Source: Eledone cirrhosa (taxonomy: Eukaryota). Taken from it: a stretch of DNA of 64,000 nucleotides. The notes under the pieces are model-generated. The model worked only from the letters and a program-made list of their open reading frames with translations, did no database searches and was not told where the DNA came from. Both the position numbers and the translations under genes were made by a program. Below are positions 14,480 to 28,537 of this stretch, piece after piece. The stretch is taken from the NCBI GenBank assembly GCA_964016885.1, contig OZ024742.1:322586001-322650000 (forward strand), in the 5' to 3' direction. Within the stretch, counting starts at the first letter, position 1. Each line of letters begins with the position of its first letter.

Positions 14480-15650
14480 GTGTTGTTGGTATTGGTGGTG
14501 GCTATCATGGCATTGAGTGCTAGCGTTGGTATTAGTGGTGCAGTTGAGGGTGGTGGTGATGATGCTGATGGTGTTGTTTGGGTGGCATTGCAGGTGGTGG
14601 TGGTCGTATTGTAGTTATCATCTTGTTTGTTATTGTTCTTGTTTATTACTTAATATAATGTACTGTCTCCCCCCCCCCCCTCCCCCTCTCTCAGCATCTG
14701 TTTCTGCCTTGCACAAATACACTGGATTTGGTTGTTTTGGTGACAGTGGTGGTGATAGTTGTGGTGGTGGTGATAGTTGCGACAGTGATGAGGGTGATCA
14801 TACTGAACAATAATGGTAGAGTTATGTGGTCATGAGGATAACAATGTTGGTGGTTATAGAGCATTCACAATGATGGTGGTGATGGTAGAAGTGACAATGG
14901 TAGTCATTGGTCATCGTAATGTGTTGGTAGTGGTGGTGATGTTTGGGAGACTGGTGGTGACTATGACAATTATTGGTGCAGAGCCCCAGGTCTGCTGCTC
15001 TGACCAAGCTGATCCATGTGACAATAATGGTAGTGGTAGTGGCATGGGAGTGGTTTTGGTGACAATGTTGGTAGCGTCTGGTTGTGGCAGTGATGTGACA
15101 ATCATTTTAGTGGGGGTGTTGGTGGTTGTAGTGATAGTGATGGTTGTAGTGGTGACAGTGGTGGGGGTGATGGTGGTAGTGGTGACAGTGGTGGGGGTGA
15201 TGGTGGTGACAGTAGTGGTGGGGGTAGTGGTGGTAGTGGTGATGGTGGTTGTAGTGACAGTGGTGGTGTGGGGGACACCTATGTTATGGGATTATGTGGT
15301 TTTAATGGTGGTGGTGAGATTGATGACCAAGGAGGTAGTTGAGAGTAATGAAAGCAAGGATAGTGGTGGTTGTAATTATGGTGACAAGTGACAAAAATAT
15401 TGGTTGTGATGGCTAGGATTGTTGCAGCAGCAGACCAGTAATAGTTGTAGTAGTAGTGCTCCTGGTAGTTACAGTAAGTGATGATGGTTTTAGTTTTAAT
15501 AGTAGAGTAGTAGTAGTGGTGGTGCTTCTAGTATAAGTGATGGATATAGTAGCAGTGGTGGTTGTAGTTATAGGAGCAGTAGTAGAGGTGGTGATGGTGG
15601 AGGTTGTAATGGTTGTAGTAGTAGTAGTAGCAGTGATATCAATGATCACA
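14480..15650. repeat. Degenerate (GGT/GTA/GTG)n low-complexity region
   Basis: Triplet-based G/T-rich tract giving spurious poly-Val ORFs. Confidence 0.85.
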
Positions 15651-16279
15651 GCTGTAAACATGGCCAATCAGATATTTTTGCTGATGCTACTGCTGCTAGT
15701 GTTGTTACTGCTCTTACTGCTAATATTTCAGTCAGCAACAAGTATCTGCTCCTTCACTGCTGTTGTCTACTCCCTTACATCCATAGATTTATAGATCTGA
15801 GAATGATGCCACCACCACCACCCCCACATTCATTGTACTGGTACCTTTGCTACCACCATTTTACTATTGAAATCATCATCGCTATTGTTATAATCATTAC
15901 TTCATTACACCACCACCATTATCATCACCCTCACTATCTTCAATACTTCATCAGAAAAAGAGAGGAAGTGAAAGAGAAGATAGAGAAAAAGAAAGTAAAA
16001 CAAAGGAAGAGAGAGAGAGAGAGAGTAAGAGAGAAAGAAAGAAACATCATCACTTAACAGTTTATATCATCACCATCGCCATCATCGTTATAATCATGTT
16101 CAGAAGTCCATCACCACCACTATTGTGACTCCCTCTACTATTACCACCGCTACTACCACCACCATCACTACCACTAACTTCACCATATTGTTGCCACCAC
16201 CACCATATCCACATCTACTGTTGTTATCACCACCTCCTTTTCAATTATTGCAATCACTACTACTACTACTACTACTACC

Positions 16280-19200
16280 ACCACTATTTACCACATACCA
16301 CTGAAACCACAGCCACCACTACTACCACATACCACTACTACCACATACCACTACTACCACAGCCACCACTACTACCACAGCCACCACTACTACCACATAC
16401 CACTACTACCACATACCACTACTACCACATACCACTACTACCACAGCCACTACTACTACCACAGCCACCACAGCCACCACTACTACCACATACCACTACT
16501 ACCACATACCACTACTACCACAGCCACCACTACTACCACATACCACTACTACCACAGCCACCACTACTACCACATACCACTACTACCACAGCCACCACTA
16601 CTACCACAGCCACCACTACTACCACAGCCACCACTACTACCACATACCACTACTACCACATACCACTACTACCACATACCACTACTACCACATACCACTA
16701 CTACTACCACATACCACTACTACCACAGCCACCACTACTACCACATACCACTACTACCACAGCCACCACTACTACCACATACCACTACTACCACAGCCAC
16801 CACTACTACCACAGCCACCACTACTACCACAGCCACCACTACTACCACATACCACTACTACCACATACCACTACTACCACAGCCACCACTACTACCACAG
16901 CCACCACTACTACCACATACCACTACTACCACAGCCACCACTACTACCACATACCACTACTACCACATACCACTACTACCACAGCCACCACTACTACCAC
17001 ATACCACTACTACCACAGCCACCACTACTACCACAGCCACCACTACTACCACATACCACTACTACCACAGCCACCACTACTACCACATACCACTATTTAC
17101 CACATACCACTACTACCACAGCCACCACTACTACCACAGCCACCACTACTACCACAGCCACCACTACTACCACAGCCACCACTACTACCACATACCACTA
17201 CTACCACAGCCACCACTACTACCACATACCACTACTACCACAGCCACCACTACTACCACAGCCACCACTACTACCACAGCCACCACTACTACCACAGCCA
17301 CCACTACTACCACAGCCACCACTACTACCACAGCCACCACTACTACCACAGCCACCACTACTACCACATACCACTACTACCACAGCCACCACTACTACCA
17401 CAGCCACCACTACTACCACAGCCACCACTACTACCACAGCCACCACTACTACCACATACCACTACTACCACAGCCACCACTACTACCACATACCACTACT
17501 ACCACAGCCACCACTACTACCACAGCCACCACTACTACCACATACCACTACTACCACAGCCACCACTACTACCACATACCACTATTTACCACATACCACT
17601 ACTACCACAGCCACCACTACTACCACAGCCACCACTACTACCACAGCCACCACTACTACCACAGCCACCACTACTACCACATACCACTACTACCACAGCC
17701 ACCACTACTACCACATACCACTACTACCACAGCCACCACTACTACCACAGCCACCACTACTACCACAGCCACCACTACTACCACAGCCACCACTACTACC
17801 ACAGCCACCACTACTACCACAGCCACCACTACTACCACATACCACTACTACCACAGCCACCACTACTACCACAGCCACCACTACTACCACAGCCACCACT
17901 ACTACCACAGCCACCACTACTACCACAGCCACCACTACTACCACAGCCACCACTACTACCACAGCCACCACTACTACCACATACCACTACTACCACAGCC
18001 ACCACTACTACCACATACCACTACTACCACAGCCACCACTACTACCACAGCCACCACTACTACCACATACCACTACTACCACAGCCACCACTACTACCAC
18101 AGCCACCACTACTACCACATACCACTACTACCACAGCCACCACTACTACCACAGCCACCACTACTACCACAGCCACCACTACTACCACAGCCACCACTAC
18201 TACCACAGCCACCACTACTACCACAGCCACCACTACTACCACAGCCACCACTACTACCACAGCCACCACTACTACCACATACCACTACTACCACAGCCAC
18301 CACTACTACCACATACCACTACTACCACAGCCACCACTACTACCACAGCCACCACTACTACCACAGCCACCACTACTACCACAGCCACCACTACTACCAC
18401 AGCCACCACTACTACCACAGCCACCACTACTACCACAGCCACCACTACTACCACATACCACTACTACCACAGCCACCACTACTACCACATACCACTACTA
18501 CCACAGCCACCACTACTACCACAGCCACCACTACTACCACAGCCACCACTACTACCACAGCCACCACTACTACCACAGCCACCACTACTACCACATACCA
18601 CTACTACCACAGCCACCACTACTACCACAGCCACCACTACTACCACAGCCACCACTACTACCACAGCCACCACTACTACCACAGCCACCACTACTACCAC
18701 ATACCACTACTACCACAGCCACCACTACTACCACATACCACTACTACCACATACCACTACTACCACAGCCACCACTACTACCACAGCCACCACTACTACC
18801 ACAGCCACCACTACTACCACAGCCACCACTACTACCACAGCCACCACTACTACCACAGCCACCACTACTACCACAGCCACCACTACTACCACAGCCACCA
18901 CTACTACCACATACCACTACTACCACAGCCACCACTACTACCACATACCACTACTACCACATACCACTACTACCACAGCCACCACTACTACCACAGCCAC
19001 CACTACTACCACAGCCACCACTACTACCACAGCCACCACTACTACCACATACCACTACTACCACAGCCACCACTACTACCACAGCCACCACTACTACCAC
19101 AGCCACCACTACTACCACAGCCACCACTACTACCACAGCCACCACTACTACCACAGCCACCACTACTACCACAGCCACCACTACTACCACATACCACTAC

Positions 19201-19990
19201 TACCACAGCCACCACTACTACCACATACCACTACTACCACATACCACTACTACCACAGCCACCACTACTACCACAGCCACCACTACTACCACAGCCACCA
19301 CTACTACCACAGCCACCACTACTACCACATACCACTACTACCACAGCCACCACTACTACCACATACCACTACTACCACATACCACTACTACCACAGCCAC
19401 CACTACTACCACAGCCACCACTACTACCACAGCCACCACTACTACCACAGCCACCACTACTACCACAGCCACCACTACTACCACAGCCACCACTACTACC
19501 ACATACCACTACTACCACAGCCACCACTACTACCACATACCACTACTACCACATACCACTACTACCACAGCCACCACTACTACCACAGCCACCACTACTA
19601 CCACAGCCACCACTACTACCACAGCCACCACTACTACCACATACCACTACTACCACAGCCACCACTACTACCACATACCACTACTACCACATACCACTAC
19701 TACCACAGCCACCACTACTACCACAGCCACCACTACTACCACAGCCACCACTACTACCACAGCCACCACTACTACCACAGCCACCACTACTACCACAGCC
19801 ACCACTACTACCACATACCACTACTACCACAGCCACCACTACTACCACATACCACTACTACCACATACCACTACTACCACAGCCACCACTACTACCACAG
19901 CCACCACTACTACCACAGCCACCACTACTACCACAGCCACCACTACTACCACATACCACTACTACCACAGCCACCACTACTACCACATAC
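16280..19990. repeat. Minisatellite of two interspersed units, ccacagccaccactacta (18 bp) and ccacataccactacta (16 bp), 3.7 kb
   Basis: Direct reading; almost no other variants. Confidence 0.98.
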
Positions 19991-20114
19991 TTAAGGCAAC
20001 CACCAGTACCATGTATCATATTCTTAATATCACTACCACTGTACTCCCTCCCATTCTCTAATACCACTACCTCCACCACCATTTTATTCCACCTCCTCCG
20101 CCTTGCCACTATTA

Positions 20115-21085
20115 TTGCCACCACTACCCCCACCATTGATACTCCTCCTCCTCCTCAAACACCACCACTACCCCCACCATTGATACACCTCCCCCTCAAA
20201 CACCACCACTACCCCCACCATTGATACTCCTCCTCCACCCCCTCAAATACCACCACTACCCCCACCATTGATACTCCACCTCCCCCTCAAACACCACCAC
20301 TACCCCCACCATTGATACTCCTCCTCCTCAAACACCACCACTACCCCCACCATTGATACTCCTCCTCCACCCCCTCAAATACCACCACTACCCCCACCAT
20401 TGATACTCCACCTCCTCCTCAAACACCACCACTACCCCCATCATTGATATTCCTCCTCCTCAAATACCACCACTACCCCCACCATTGATACTCCACCTCC
20501 TCCTCAAACACCACCACTACCCCCATCATTGATATTCCACCTCCTCAAATACCACCACTACCCCCACCATTGATGCTCCTCCTCCTCAAATACCACCACT
20601 ACTCCATCATTGATACTCCTCCTCCTCAAATACCACCACTACCCCCATCATTGTTACGCCTCCTCCTCAAATACCACCACTACCCCCATCATTGATATTC
20701 CTCCTCCTCAAATACCACCACTACCCCCATCATTGATATTCCTCCTCCTCAAATACCACCACTACCCCCACCATTGATACTCCACCTCCTCCTCAAACAC
20801 CACCACTACCCCCATCATTGATATTCCTCCTCCTCAAATACCACCACTACCCCCATCATTGATGCTCCTCCTCCTCCAATACCACCACTACCCCCATCAT
20901 TGTTACGCCTCCTCCTCAAATACCACCACTACCCCCATCATTGTTACGCCTCCTCCTCAAATACCACCACTACCCCCATCATTGATACTCCTCCTCCTCC
21001 AATACCACCACTACCCCCATCATTGATACTCCTCCCCCTCCAATACCACCACTACCCCCATCATTGTTACGCCTCCTCTTCAAAC
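20115..21085. repeat. C-rich minisatellite, about 41-47 bp unit (ccaccactacccccaccattgatactcctcctcctcaaata), about 22 copies
   Basis: Direct tandem repetition with variable (cct)n number. Confidence 0.95.
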
Positions 21086-22355
21086 ACCCTCCCTTATTAT
21101 TTCTCCTGTCCTCACCAAATAACTCCACCACCATCTTCACAATTAGCTCTGGAGCATTATCTCAAGCCTCTTATAGCCTTTCTTCATGCTTTCCACATTT
21201 CTTTGGCACTCTCTTTCACTTCTCACTATTTCCTATTTTCTTTCTGTTTAGCCCACCACTCTCACACTTTCATCTTTTCCTCTTTTCTTTCTCTTTTGCC
21301 ATCTCTCCTTCTCCTCTCATCATGTTCTCTATATGTTTTGCAAAGGAAGTAAACAGGCACAGACAGACATACATAACCATTAGAAACCTGAACTTACATA
21401 CATACTCACCACACACATGGAAACATTGTCCACTTCTAAAAGTAGTTGGACCAACCAGATTGGACTGGACTGGTATGGGATGGTGTGGGATATTTTCTGC
21501 TATTGATTTGATTTTTGATCTGTTGATTCTTATAGTTTTGGTGCTGTGTGTGTGTGTATGTCTGTGCATGCATCTGTGTGTGTGTGTGTGTGTGTGTTTG
21601 GATGTCCATATGTGCATGCATGCATTGTCTGTGTTTGTGTTTATATATGTATGTTAGTCCCTGTAAGCATGTTTGTATGCATGTGCTTATGTGTGAGCAT
21701 GTTTGTATGGTGTATGCATGTATACATATGTTTGTATATGTACGCATATGTTAATATGTTTGTGTGTATTTGTATGTGTGTATGTGTAAACATGTTTGTA
21801 TGTATATGTTTGTATAAGTTTGTGTGTGTGTAAGCATGTATTTGTATATTATGTATCTGTTTATCATGTGACTGTCTCTCATTGACCCACTGCCTCCAGT
21901 TCCAGCTGTTTGCTGTTATTGGTCAATCAGTCACTACATGGATGGATGGCTGTATGGATGTATGTATGTGTCCTTGGTCAGTCACTCACTATACATCGAT
22001 GGATATCTGAGTGAGTGTTAATACCAATATATACAATGTGTTGTGGTGGTACAGGGAGGATACTGCAGTAACTCAACAAGCTGTTTCTGCTGATGATGTT
22101 TGGTGGTGGTTGTGGTATTGATGTTTTGAGTGGTGGTAGTTGTTTTTGGTGGTGGCAGTGTTAATAGTAATGGTTGTTGTTGTTATTGGTGGTGGTTGTA
22201 GTGTTGGTTATACTCCAAATGGCAATTTATTAAGACAGTTATATTACTAAATCCTTCCAAATTCTTGATTATTTTCAAAATATTTGAAAATCATAGGGTG
22301 TGACTTTCATTACAAATATGTTGAGGATCTTTCATAATTATCATCCTTGTAGTTT

Positions 22356-22386
<31 letters not shown>

Positions 22387-22395
22387 ATATATATA

Positions 22396-22670
22396 TAATG
22401 TATAATAAACAATACAATATAATTACCTCATTACCAGAAGTTTCCCGAATAAGACGAATACAAGAAACGTCCTCACTCGTTCGTCGGAAATTGCCTTGTC
22501 CGACGAACGAGTGAGGACGTTTCTTGTATTCGTCTTATTCGGGAAACCTCTTGTAATGAGGTAATTATATTGTATTGTTTATTATACATTAAATTTAGCT
22601 CTGGTACTTACATAGAGCACTCTTCACTTCTATGACTTTTTCAATTTTCAACGGAAACTTCAATACTAAT
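22396..22670 (+). mobile_element. Palindromic, hammerhead-like-motif-bearing element in (TA)n; probable Penelope-like element (PLE) terminal remnant with inverted copy
   Basis: 93-bp inverted arms (22396-22488 and 22499-22591, 2 mismatches, 10-nt spacer), an extra ~80-nt tail, and (TA)n on both sides. Each arm reads CCGACGA-A-stem II-G-GAAA-stem III-GUA. Confidence 0.6.
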
Positions 22671-22697
22671 ATATATATATATATAATGTATATATAT

Positions 22698-23213
<516 letters not shown>

Positions 23214-25449
23214 GTAGCACTAACACTCAGACAACATTTAAGCATAATATGGGTGTGTATGGAAACATATACTATACATTTATATACAATAAACATATGG
23301 GTAGCCTTGCTATCAAAGAAAAATATTTTTTAATAACGAAAAAATTTATTTTCTTCTGAATATATCATAGTTTCTTATCTAGTCAAGAACGCCAGACAGT
23401 GCTGTTTCAAGATTTATTAATCATTCGTCAATGACCCCCCCCCCCCTTCTCTCTCTTTCTCTCTCTCTCTCTTATTTACACATGTTTACACATGTGCAGG
23501 CATGGCCATGTAGTCAAGAAGTTTGCTTTGCAACTATGTGGCTCTAGGTTTAGTCTCATGTTGACTGATACCATGTGAATGAAATTTGGTAGACAGTTGT
23601 ATGTATGTAAAGACCCATAACTTGCCAAACAAAAAATTGGGAAGATCCTCCAGTTGTGTCAAAGACATGACAACCTCTCTAGTGCTAGTGTCATAATAAA
23701 ATGTACTTGGTAGAACATGGAACTGTATGTAAGCCTTTCTGGGAGGTCTGTGGCCCCACTAAAGTACTGACTCAGTCTGTGAAGACCTGTCCAACCCTTG
23801 CTAGCAGTGAAATTGGATGTTAAATGATGATATATATATACACACATGTATATGTGTTTATGTCCCTACTTATGTTTACATAGTGTTTGTGTCCCATAAT
23901 GTAGTGGTTTGGTAAAAAATAGACCAATAAGATAAATACCGGAATTGATAAAACTAAGTTTTGGGGTCTATATGATTGGCAACATCAAAACAGTGCCCCA
24001 GCATGGCCACAGTCTAATGACTGAAACCAGTGAAAGAATAAAGAATATGTGAAATAGATACAGTAAAAAAAGTAGTTTTTAATTTTTGATGTACATGAAT
24101 TAGTGTGTTAATGACTGTCCTAAATGTTTAACTGAAGGCACACTGGATATATATCATCATCTTATTACATCTGCATTCCATGTTGGCATATGTTGGATGG
24201 GTTCTACAATCCAAGGCTAGCTTGGTCAGAAACTTCATCTTCCTCATACTTTCCATATTTGGTATGGTTTCTATGGTTGATTGTTGTCCTTCCCATCACC
24301 AACCAATTACAGGATGTACTGAGTGTGTTTTATTGTGGCACCAACACGACCATTTTACAAAGTGTAAGAGTGCAGCAGTGTGCAGAGCTCTGGTGATGCC
24401 CAGGGAAAATCTTGATTGTATGCCCCAAAGACTCAAGTATAAGGCCTAATGCCCCAAAGACTCAAGTATAAGGCCTAATATACTGAGAAATATTATGAGA
24501 AAGGAAAATATTTTGAATATATAAACTCAGATGAAACATGAAATAAACGCTTTATTTGATTTTAATATAAATCAATCAAATTTATTAAGTTCTTTCCGTA
24601 AATGATGCCCCCATCCAAAGGATACCTGGGGCCAACGCACCATTGCTCCCTGCACGCTACTGACTGGGTATATTTTATCATAACACCAACATTAAGGAGG
24701 TTATATGCATTGCCAGACTGGGGTGCATTCTATCATAGCATTAACATCTTGATGTGTAAAGGACCTCTCTACTTCATGTATTCTCTAAATCTGGCACTAT
24801 ATTCACTTTTAGTGTTGCAGCACTTGTACTGGCTGGTGGGACTCTTGAACAGCAAATCCCCAATCACCTTAATCCTATATAATTTCTTTCATGTGGTTCA
24901 ATTACTTGGTTATTCTTTACAACTTCATGCCATATCTTCTTGGTCTTCCTCTACCATAAGTCCTGTTCACTTTGGTTACTTGGCACTTCTTTAGACAGTT
25001 CTTGCTGTCTTTATGTGTTAATATTTTTATATAGAGTCAGGATTGATGAAAGACCTCATTACTAGAACAGATATTTCTGTTTATATGTACTTTACTATAT
25101 ATTTCATGAGAACAGGATGGTGCTGTGTTCTTTGTTTTCAAGAGTCCCTCTTCCTCCATACTTTCAAATAGTAACTCATTTAACCCTGTGTCAAGTAGCA
25201 TTGGTCATACTGTACAGTTACTGATAAAAGAAAAAGAAATTATTGAAAAGTTGGTGTGAGAGGGAAAAGTATGGCCTGTAGGTCAGTTGGTGGAAGAGGG
25301 TAATTGCCTTTGATTGTCAAAGGTAAGCAGCCCAGAAACTAGTGACTGATTATATCTGGTACATCCATCTTCAAGACATCCTTCTTTTTATCTGTTTTTG
25401 TGTATGTGTGTATATGTGTGACATCTAAATGAGTATCTTCAACCTTTTG

Positions 25450-25656
25450 GTTCCAGCTGACAGGATGGAGAATACATTGTCCTGGAGGACAGCAAGGGAG
25501 ATGCACTGGAACAGCCACTCCACTCCAATAGCAATGCTTAGGGATGTGGTCCAGGGGCCAAGAACACCGGAAGTCTCCACTGCTACAGGCTCTACCACAA
25601 ACCTCAGAGAGTGACTGATTTTTGGACAATTTTCCCTCTTCGTACCAGGTTGCCAC
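25450..25656 (-). mobile_element. Decayed C-terminal fragment of a CRE-like (restriction-like endonuclease) non-LTR retrotransposon
   Basis: Frameshifted translation EEGKLSKNQSLS / FVVEPVAVETSGVLGP...WLFQCISLAVLQDNVFSIL resembles the E..K..KY..L..F.P.A.ET.G..G...QR.S.A..RGN...I consensus of CRE-clade RLE domains. Confidence 0.65.
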
Positions 25657-25667
25657 TTCTCTCTCTC

Positions 25668-25737
25668 TCTCTCTTCACAAACCAATAGCTAGTCAGTCAC
25701 CTGTGTGACTGACTAGCTATTGGTGTGTGAGGAGAGA
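25668..25737. repeat. Short hairpin-forming inverted repeat
   Basis: Perfect 20-bp stem accaatagctagtcagtcac / gtgactgactagctattggt with a 4-nt loop (ctgt), extended to about 33 bp with two mismatches. Confidence 0.9.
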
Positions 25738-26316
25738 TAGATAACATTCTGAGATGGCTTGCTACCTTATCTTATCCATATAGTATTGGTCTTGGCAGTC
25801 AGGATGACTTACCCCAGGAGATAGCAGGGGAGGAGGATGTTGAAAGAGCCAACCCAACTTGTAGGGTTTGCTCTTGCAGCAATCCACGTTTTGTGGAGTG
25901 TTTTTCTGATTAGCCACAAGTGGCTGTCCCTCTTTTAGGGTACATAGAAAAATGTTTGTGTATATGTATGTAAGTGTGTGTGTGTATATATATTTATATA
26001 TATTATTTTCTTTGTTTCTATTTATCATCTTACTATTATACTCAGAGGTGGCAAGTTAGAGGATGTGGTAGAGCATCAGATAAAATGCTTTAAAGATTTA
26101 TTTTCCTCAAAAGGAATACATCTTCACACATTTTTATGCACTTATAATTCACCTCTGGTACCAAAAAAGTGAGTTCCCTGCTCCTGTCCTATGTTGTGTG
26201 GTACTCTAGCAAGACCACAATCGCCAATGACTAAAGCTAGAGTATAAAATATAAAGATGCCATTATTTAGTATCCATAGACAATAGTTGGCTTTGTGCCT
26301 ATGTAATCATCATTAT

Positions 26317-26492
26317 TGGCAGTATCGGTAGAGGGTCGGATGCCATGCTTTGAAGCATAGTTACTTCCCTTTATGATCTGAGCTCAAGTCCCGAGGTTAA
26401 CTTTGCCTTTCATCCTTACGGGGTTGATAAAATAAAGTACCAGTAATGCACTGGGATAATTGCTGGCCTTGTGCCAAAAGTAGAAACAATTA
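26317..26492 (+). mobile_element. SINE family A, near full length
   Basis: tggcagtatcggtagagggtcggatgccatgc head; ctttgcctttcatccttacggggttgataaaataaagtaccagt core; gccttgtgccaaaagtagaaacaatt end. Confidence 0.85.
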
Positions 26493-27692
26493 TGTTCTCA
26501 TCACACTACACTTTAAGTATCACTTGAAATGGAATGGAGTGTGATGGTGAGAAAGGGAAGTCCTGCAATTGATTAAATTTAACAGAAAAGAAAGGTAAAG
26601 TAACAGGTTTGACTACAGTGAATAGTTGAACACTTCAGCTCCACTTGAGGTTTACAAGGAGAGCTTTTGTTTTTTGTTTTTTAGTTAATATAGGTATAGA
26701 CATAGCTGTGTGGTTAAGGAGGAGTTCACTTTATTACCATATGGTTTTGGGTTCAGTCTCACTGTGGCACCTTGGGAAACTAGATGGAAACTGCAGAAGC
26801 CCATCATATAAAGGGTGAAACTGCATCTAAGCTTTGTACAATAGCTAATAACGTGGATGTACTGCATGTTCTATTTCTTTACATTGTCTGATGGTAGATG
26901 TTTCAAATGTGCGTGCGCGTGTGTCAATCTCCTGGCACCAATAAAATAAAATACCAGTCAAGTATTATCGTCAATTTAATTGACTTTCCTCTGCCCACAA
27001 AATGCTGGACTTGTGCCTAAATTAGAAACAATTATAATAATAAAAATTGTTTTTAATTTAGGTACAAACCCTGGACTGATAATTATAATGTATTTAATAA
27101 TAATGATTATTGTTAAATAATTAGTCATTACCATCATCATTGTCATTATGTACAACATTGGAATGTTAATGTGTAGCCAATGGTTACCAATTAACTGATG
27201 CTACCATGCCTATCACAAGAATGTAGATATATCATCATAGCTACACATATAGTAGTGGCGGTAGGGGTAGTAATAATTGTGGTGGTGAGAAGATTTATGA
27301 AATGGAGTGTTGCAACAGTTATTGCACTGACTGAGCAGTCCTATGATCAAAAGTATTCCAACCAAGATGATCCCATCTTTATCTAATACAAGTTTTAAAA
27401 TCTTTGTTTAAGATGGTAGGGCGTAATTTAACTTTTTTGTTACTATATTTCTAATGAGAGATACTGCCTAATATTTTCAAGTAATTTTGAAAGGATTTAG
27501 TAATATAACATTTTCATTATGAAGTTGGTTTTTAGAATGTAACAAAAGTTCTTACATAAAATTATGATGAATAGATTTTAGATAAATAATAAACATTGTA
27601 ATAACTTTCTCATTAGTTTGCTGGTGTTTGGAATATAACTTAAAGGTTCTTACATAAAATTATTAGGAAAGATTTTTAGATAAATATAAATA

Positions 27693-27827
27693 TCTTCCAT
27701 CCTCCATCCAAACCACAGTACCAGAGCAACATAATTTTATTGAGGAAACCCCAACTGTATCTAGCCAGTAGCATCTAGCCTCCACTAGTTCCTGCTCCTT
27801 ACCTGTAAGGTTCCAATTGTCAAGGCT
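27693..27827 (-). mobile_element. Inverted fragment of RTE-clade LINE AP-endonuclease N-terminus
   Basis: Translation SLDNWNLTGKEQELVEARCYWLDTVGVSSIKLCCSGTV resembles the WN..SL.GKE.ELV.E..RY.LDIVG.SST...GSGT start of Expander/Rex3-type APE domains. Confidence 0.65.
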
Positions 27828-27837
27828 TGCTTCCTTC

Positions 27838-28537
27838 CCTGGAATGAAAAGCAGTGCCACGAAGACTGAGACACTCGTCCTCTCAAGGAAGCCTGCACAG
27901 TGGACTCTACATGTGAATGGAGTTCCACTGAAGCAGGTGAAGAAGTTCAATATGTTGGGGCTGTGTTCACAAGTGATAGAAGACAGGAAGCTGAATTAAA
28001 TGCAAGAATTGCAGGAGCTGGTGCATTACTGCACCAACTTCAACATTCAGTAATCAGAAGGGAGGTAGGTGTAAAAGCCAAATTCACTATCTTCAATTTA
28101 GTATTTGTGCCAACCCTTAAATTTGGTCATGAATCTTGGGTAATGATCAAAAGAATATGACCGTGAATACAAGCAGCAGAAATGGGATTCATCTGAAGGG
28201 TCTTTGGAGTAATGATACTCGATAGTGCGTAGTTCGGAGTTCAGAGAGTTGCTACTTTTCCAAATTGAGATATCACGGCTCTGATATTATGGACATCTGG
28301 TTAGAATGTTCCGAGGAAAGAATCACTGGACAGATTTTATGGGCAAAATCAACTGGTAAGAGACCCTGGGGTAGACTGCGAACAAGATGGTTGGATAACA
28401 TCTATGAGCTTGGCTGGTCTCTCTTGGGGATCCGGCCAGATCAATTGTAGAGGGTTGCTTTTGACAGGACCTGCTGGAAGGAGTATTTGAGGTTTCTGCC
28501 CCCAACAACTCTCTCAGGAATAAGTGGGCAAAGAAGA
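27838..28537 (+). mobile_element. 5'-truncated, decayed RTE-clade LINE (RT C-terminal region and 3' end)
   Basis: Frameshifted GMK...KTETLVLSRKPAQ.TLHVNGVPLKQV.KF / YVGAVFTSD..QEAELNARIAGAGA...KAKFTIFNLVFVPTLKFGHESWVM / GKRPWGRLRTRWLDNI; homologous to 62596-63330. Confidence 0.9.

Noticed and set aside
17185-20136. GGCGSS and poly-Val ORFs resembling keratin-associated or loricrin-like proteins
   Set aside because: Translations of the 16/18-bp minisatellite, repeatedly broken by frameshifts and stops.
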